This document shows, in pieces, positions 63,720 through 64,000 of a stretch of DNA of 64,000 nucleotides; within the stretch, counting starts at the first letter, position 1, and every line of letters starts with the position of its first letter. Origin of the DNA: Bythopirellula sp. (GTDB taxonomy: Bacteria; Planctomycetota; Planctomycetia; Pirellulales; Lacipirellulaceae); assembly GCA_965216565.1 (NCBI GenBank), contig OZ244170.1:1446422-1510421 (forward strand), given 5' to 3'. The translations under genes were made by a program, and so were the position numbers. Under the pieces are notes generated by a model, which was not told where the DNA came from, made no database searches, and saw only the letters and a list, made by a program, of their open reading frames with translations.

Positions 63720-64000
63720 ATGACGAAAACGAACAAACGAATCGCAGTGCTCTCACCAGTCGCTTGGCGAACTCCTCCTCGCCGGTACGGTGCTTGGGAG
63801 ACTGTCGCCAGCAACATCACAGAAGGCCTCGTCGCCCGTGGTTGGGATGTGACGCTTTTCGCGACAGGGGATTCCCTAACCCGCGCCAACCTGCATGCAG
63901 TTGTGGACAGGGCATACGAAGAGGATTCGACAGTCGACCCAAAGGTGGCCGAATACCTTCACATCTCCGAAGCATTCGAACGAGCTGCTGATTTCGACTT
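63720..64000 (+). CDS. Glycosyltransferase family 4, 5' partial (runs off window)
   Basis: MTKTNKRIAVLSPVAWRTPPRRYGAWETVASNITEGLVARGWDVTLFATGDS. Open to the end of the window. Confidence 0.75.
   Translation, partial: MTKTNKRIAVLSPVAWRTPPRRYGAWETVASNITEGLVARGWDVTLFATGDSLTRANLHAVVDRAYEEDSTVDPKVAEYLHISEAFERAADFD

Noticed and set aside
1-64000. Scan for CRISPR arrays, tRNA/tmRNA genes (GGTTCGAATCC-type T-arms), IS elements with terminal inverted repeats, and integrase genes.
   Set aside because: None were recognised by eye on either strand. Their absence cannot be fully guaranteed without tRNAscan-SE, cmsearch or ISfinder-type searches.

Overview
GC-rich (~55% by eye) window whose gene content suggests a Planctomycetota (Pirellulales-like) genome: DUF1580-like HTH, many Ser/Thr kinases, PP2C phosphatases and sigma54 components. 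This taxonomic call is inference only. The window has two parts. (A) Positions 1 to ~24.2 kb form a plasmid-like, mobilisable island. It starts with a 1.36-kb ORF-poor, hairpin-dense block, followed by small conserved hypothetical genes, three iteron-like direct repeats and a long inverted repeat. Next come a RepA-like initiator divergent from parA-parB, then cargo of unknown function: a membrane protein plus class-V PLP enzyme, two membrane/coiled-coil proteins, and an atypical kinase with a TM-interrupted degenerate Cas4-like protein and an HTH-pseudokinase. The island continues with two Replic_Relax-like winged-helix proteins, a polytopic TraG/VirD4-type coupling ATPase, an orphan MT-A70 methyltransferase, and a chain of start/stop-overlapping tiny genes ending in an excisionase/DUF1580-like HTH. 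I found no integrase, relaxase, VirB4, tRNA, rRNA or CRISPR array in the window. (B) Positions 24.2-64 kb look like a chromosomal stress and ion-homeostasis region. It carries two MscK-like channels, CorA, MgtE, TerC, a SpeD-like + SET + hemerythrin-like trio, and an FGase / DUF1704 (QEGLA) / MscK / 2x GshB-like ATP-grasp operon. It also carries two CsrA genes, a hybrid histidine kinase, DksA/TraR, two PP2C, a Zn-ribbon Ser/Thr kinase, a sigma54 enhancer-binding protein, GroES-GroEL, CsbD, PtsI and a GT4-GH130-GT4 cluster. The clearest signal directly readable in the sequence is a set of sigma54 -24/-12 promoters. Four are perfect TGGCAC-N5-TTGC matches and four are near matches. All are intergenic and correctly oriented, and six form three divergent pairs. 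They drive groESL, the amidoligase operon, the hemerythrin-like/mgtE pair, a DksA-like gene and the operon encoding the sigma54 activator itself. Other notable non-coding signals are a cluster of 9 GGA motifs immediately upstream of the second csrA and a 14-bp long-range stem in a sigma54-driven leader. All protein family calls come from motif recognition by eye, since no database search was possible.
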